This document shows, piece after piece, positions 54,230 through 64,000 of a stretch of 64,000 nucleotides of DNA. The notes under the pieces were generated by a model. It did no database searches. It was not told the origin of the DNA and saw only the letters and a program-made list of their open reading frames with translations. The first letter of the stretch is position 1. Each line of letters begins with the position of its first letter. The position numbers were made by a program, and so were the translations under genes. Source of the stretch: Nitrospirales bacterium. Lineage in GTDB: Bacteria; Nitrospirota; Nitrospiria; Nitrospirales; UBA8639. Location: positions 128,001-192,000 of the forward strand of contig CBDBCZ010000019.1 of NCBI GenBank assembly GCA_965203295.1, in the 5' to 3' direction.

Positions 54230-64000
<9,771 letters not shown>

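Overview
Gene-dense, intron-rich animal genomic DNA. It is most likely a demosponge, inferred from the repeat families, compact gene packing and a retained Vac8-like gene; this is not proven. Spliced genes were reconstructed by hand with GT-AG boundaries and consistent reading phases. In order: the 3' end of an FN3-containing protein (+), Hey (-), HDDC2 (+), an ~800-aa coiled-coil protein (-), prolyl endopeptidase PREP (+), UQCC2 (-), cathepsin B (+) and a Vac8-like armadillo protein (-, runs off the right edge). Six of these form three head-to-head pairs. Three further genes are nested in introns: an intronless death-effector-domain (DED)-like ORF in HDDC2, a GPI-type CAP/SCP gene antisense in PREP, and cyclin B antisense in the Vac8-like gene. 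Introns are full of MITEs (TA-flanked pogo/Tc1-type, TTAA piggyBac-type, Helentron-type, CACTA-type), a tRNA-Thr-like element, minisatellites and (CA)n tracts. The most notable observations: (1) the DED-like gene and its putative promoter sit exactly between two inverted CACTA-like termini, suggesting transposon cargo; (2) hammerhead-ribozyme motifs occur in PREP introns, one as a 144-bp TSD-flanked monomer ending at the cleavage site; (3) (CA)n tracts replace the polypyrimidine tract at about ten acceptors; (4) the HD-motif exon of HDDC2 carries an in-frame duplication with only synonymous differences; (5) Hey-HDDC2 appear to preserve an ancient head-to-head arrangement.
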